NCBI GenBank assembly: GCA_002840675.1
Contig: PHBR01000001.1
Coordinates: 1 to 57,958 of the forward strand
Origin: Chloroflexi bacterium HGW-Chloroflexi-9
GTDB taxonomy: Bacteria > Chloroflexota > Dehalococcoidia > UBA2979
Direction of reading: 5' to 3'
Length of the DNA: 57,958 nt
This document shows, one piece after another, positions 56,347 to 57,958 of the stretch (position 1 is the stretch's first letter; each line of letters begins with the position of its first letter). The translations under genes and the position numbers were made by a program. The notes under the pieces were generated by a model. It did no database searches. It had not been told where the DNA came from and was given only the letters and a program-made list of their open reading frames with translations.

Positions 56347-57741
56347 TCAGGCCGGCAGGCGGGCAAGTGCCTGTTTCAGCGCGTCAAAACATTTCGCGTC
56401 GATGGCCGTGCCAACATTCTCGGCCATGATTTCCAGCGTCTTGGGAATCGGCACAGCGCCGCGATACGGGCGTTCGGCGGTGATCGCGTCGAAAATATCG
56501 GCCGTCGTGATGATCCGCGTTTCGAGGCAGATATCTTTCGCGGTCACGCCGCGCGGATAGCCCTTGCCGTCGAAGCGCTCGTGGTGGGCGGCCGACACCT
56601 GCGCCAGCTCGGTAAAAGCGTCGATGCGCGAGAGGATTGTCTCGGTGTACATGGCGTGCGCCTTGACCGCCTCCCACTCCTCATCGTCGAGCTTGCCGGG
56701 CTTGTCGAGCACGCTGTTGCTGACACCGAGCTTGCCGACGTCGTGGAGCAGCGCGCCCCGCTTCAGCCAGCGCCGACGGTCCGCCGCCAAGCCCAGCGCT
56801 TCGGCGATCAAGTCGGCGTAAAGCGCAACCCGTGTGCTGTGCCCGCTGGTATAGGGGCTCTTCGAGTCAACGACCTGCCCGAAGGCGGCGGCGATGTCGT
56901 CGAGATAATCATCATCGAGCGCCACGACATGACCGGCCGGCTCAAGTGCCAGCACCGCCATCATGACATCGGGTGAAGCCAGGATTTTCCAGAAGGCGTC
57001 ATCGCCCTCCAATTGCTCAAATGCCGCCACCAGATCGGGATCGAACCAGCCACCGGCGCGCTGCCGAACCTCGTCGAAAGCCGCCAGCGGGCCGCCGGAG
57101 GTATGAAAGACATCGATCACCTGAGCCAGCAGCGCTATCCGCGAATAGAGCGGTATCGCCTCGCCGGCCAGGCCCTGCGGCTTGCCCTGACCGTTGAAAT
57201 GCTCGTCCAGACTGTAGATGCCAGCCGAGACGCTTTCGGGAAAACGCAGCAGGCGGGCAATTTCGGCACCGCGCTGGCAGCGCGTGGCGATCAGCTCGGT
57301 GGCGATCTGTTCGCCATCGCGCATGATCGTCATGACGCTGCGGAAACGTTCGGCCAGCGGCGCCCTGAGCCCGGTATGGCTGAGCACGAACTGAAGCACC
57401 CTGGGCAGGCTGTCGCCGACCTTCTTGAAATCGCGCTTGAAGCTCAGGTCGTCGGTCAGGTACAGCTCGCAGATGCGCGCCGCGTTGCTGCTGCAGCCCA
57501 GATCCTTGAGCAGCAAGGTGTAGTAGAGACTCCACAGATCGTCGTCACCGAGACCGAGGCGACGGCCTATGTGCATGCCGATCCAGCAACAACGCACGCA
57601 GTGGCCTTCCGGCTGCCCTTCGGTAATGTCGAGCGCGTGACTGAGCGCCGAGATCAATTCGGAGAGTTTCAAGCCAGCCAGGGCGGGCAAGGTAAATTGA
57701 ACTGGAGAATTGGCGGGCATCGACTCGTAGATTACCAACAA
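56347..57741 (-). CDS. HD-GYP domain protein with an N-terminal degenerate HD-like domain
   Basis: C-terminal HSTRV...LLHDVGKLGV...HHERFDGKGYPRG. The N-terminal half resembles an HD-GYP fold without the catalytic residues. The start may be the ATG at 57720. Confidence 0.8.
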   Translation of the reverse strand: MLVIYESMPANSPVQFTLPALAGLKLSELISALSHALDITEGQPEGHCVRCCWIGMHIGRRLGLGDDDLWSLYYTLLLKDLGCSSNAARICELYLTDDLSFKRDFKKVGDSLPRVLQFVLSHTGLRAPLAERFRSVMTIMRDGEQIATELIATRCQRGAEIARLLRFPESVSAGIYSLDEHFNGQGKPQGLAGEAIPLYSRIALLAQVIDVFHTSGGPLAAFDEVRQRAGGWFDPDLVAAFEQLEGDDAFWKILASPDVMMAVLALEPAGHVVALDDDYLDDIAAAFGQVVDSKSPYTSGHSTRVALYADLIAEALGLAADRRRWLKRGALLHDVGKLGVSNSVLDKPGKLDDEEWEAVKAHAMYTETILSRIDAFTELAQVSAAHHERFDGKGYPRGVTAKDICLETRIITTADIFDAITAERPYRGAVPIPKTLEIMAENVGTAIDAKCFDALKQALARLPA

Positions 57742-57842
57742 ATAACGAAGTTCTCTCGCCGCACAACGATTTCCACACGCCCGGGCGAAGCGCCAAACAG
57801 CTCAACCTCATCCGGAACACTGGCGCAACGCGCTTAATTCGT

Positions 57843-57848
57843 TATAAT
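57843..57848 (+). promoter_or_regulatory. candidate -10 box for tRNA-Val
   Basis: Perfect TATAAT 10 nt upstream of the tRNA 5' end. Only a weak -35 (CTGGCG) is present. Confidence 0.3.
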
Positions 57849-57858
57849 GCGCGCCCAA

Positions 57859-57934
57859 GCGTTCTTAGCTCAGTTGGTAGAGCGTCTGCCTTACACGCAG
57901 AATGTCGGCGGTTCGAGCCCGTCAGGACGCACCA
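57859..57934 (+). tRNA. tRNA-Val (anticodon TAC), CCA encoded
   Basis: Acceptor GCGTTCT/AGGACGC, D-arm GCTCAGTTGGTAGAGC, anticodon loop CTTACAC, T-loop TTCGAGC. Confidence 0.9.
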
Positions 57935-57958
57935 GATTCTCAACTATCGTGATCCACG

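Noticed and set aside
54892-56976. 694-aa plus-strand ORF across the rimO and HD-GYP region
   Set aside because: It lies antisense to two well-conserved genes and has no recognisable domain. It is a shadow ORF.

Overview
The window has two compositionally different parts. Part 1 (1 to about 53,142) is very high-GC chromosome with an Actinobacteria/Chloroflexi-like gene set. It carries housekeeping genes: a ROK kinase, thioredoxin-fold lipoproteins, mscL, an M16 peptidase pair, an MFS transporter, a PAS-GGDEF-EAL protein, amidases, kinase-like phosphotransferases, a CoA-transferase, coaE, a Kef-type antiporter, an MMPL transporter, a DsbB-like protein and a PAC2 protein. It also has four tRNAs (Gly, Leu, Gln, Asn) and a pyrimidine operon, pyrR-pyrB-pyrC-carA-[GNAT]-[hypothetical]-carB-[HAD]-pyrK, preceded by a recognisable PyrR-binding attenuator. 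A compact (~3.95 kb) integrative element sits directly after tRNA-Asn. It encodes a large serine recombinase, a sigma-70-like protein and a Prim-Pol replicase. I propose att sites centred on the tRNA CCA end. Inside the element, the sigma-like gene is bracketed by symmetric 35-bp inverted repeats that lie 4 nt upstream of the two outward-facing flanking ORFs, so it is a candidate invertible or bidirectional control cassette. An accessory island with several decayed genes lies downstream (23.3-33 kb): a recombinase remnant, an EAL fragment and a membrane protein with an in-frame TGA. The island also holds a Cache-HD-GYP sensor and a 917-aa surface protein with three near-identical 231-bp coding repeats. 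Part 2 (about 53,142 to the end) has lower GC and betaproteobacteria-like genes: a truncated FAD-linked oxidase, a patatin-like lipase, rimO, an HD-GYP protein and tRNA-Val. The switch occurs at a sharp breakpoint where conserved homology on both strands ends within a few nucleotides. This suggests an assembly chimera or a very recent junction. No rRNA genes or CRISPR arrays were seen. All function calls come from motif recognition by eye, not from database searches.
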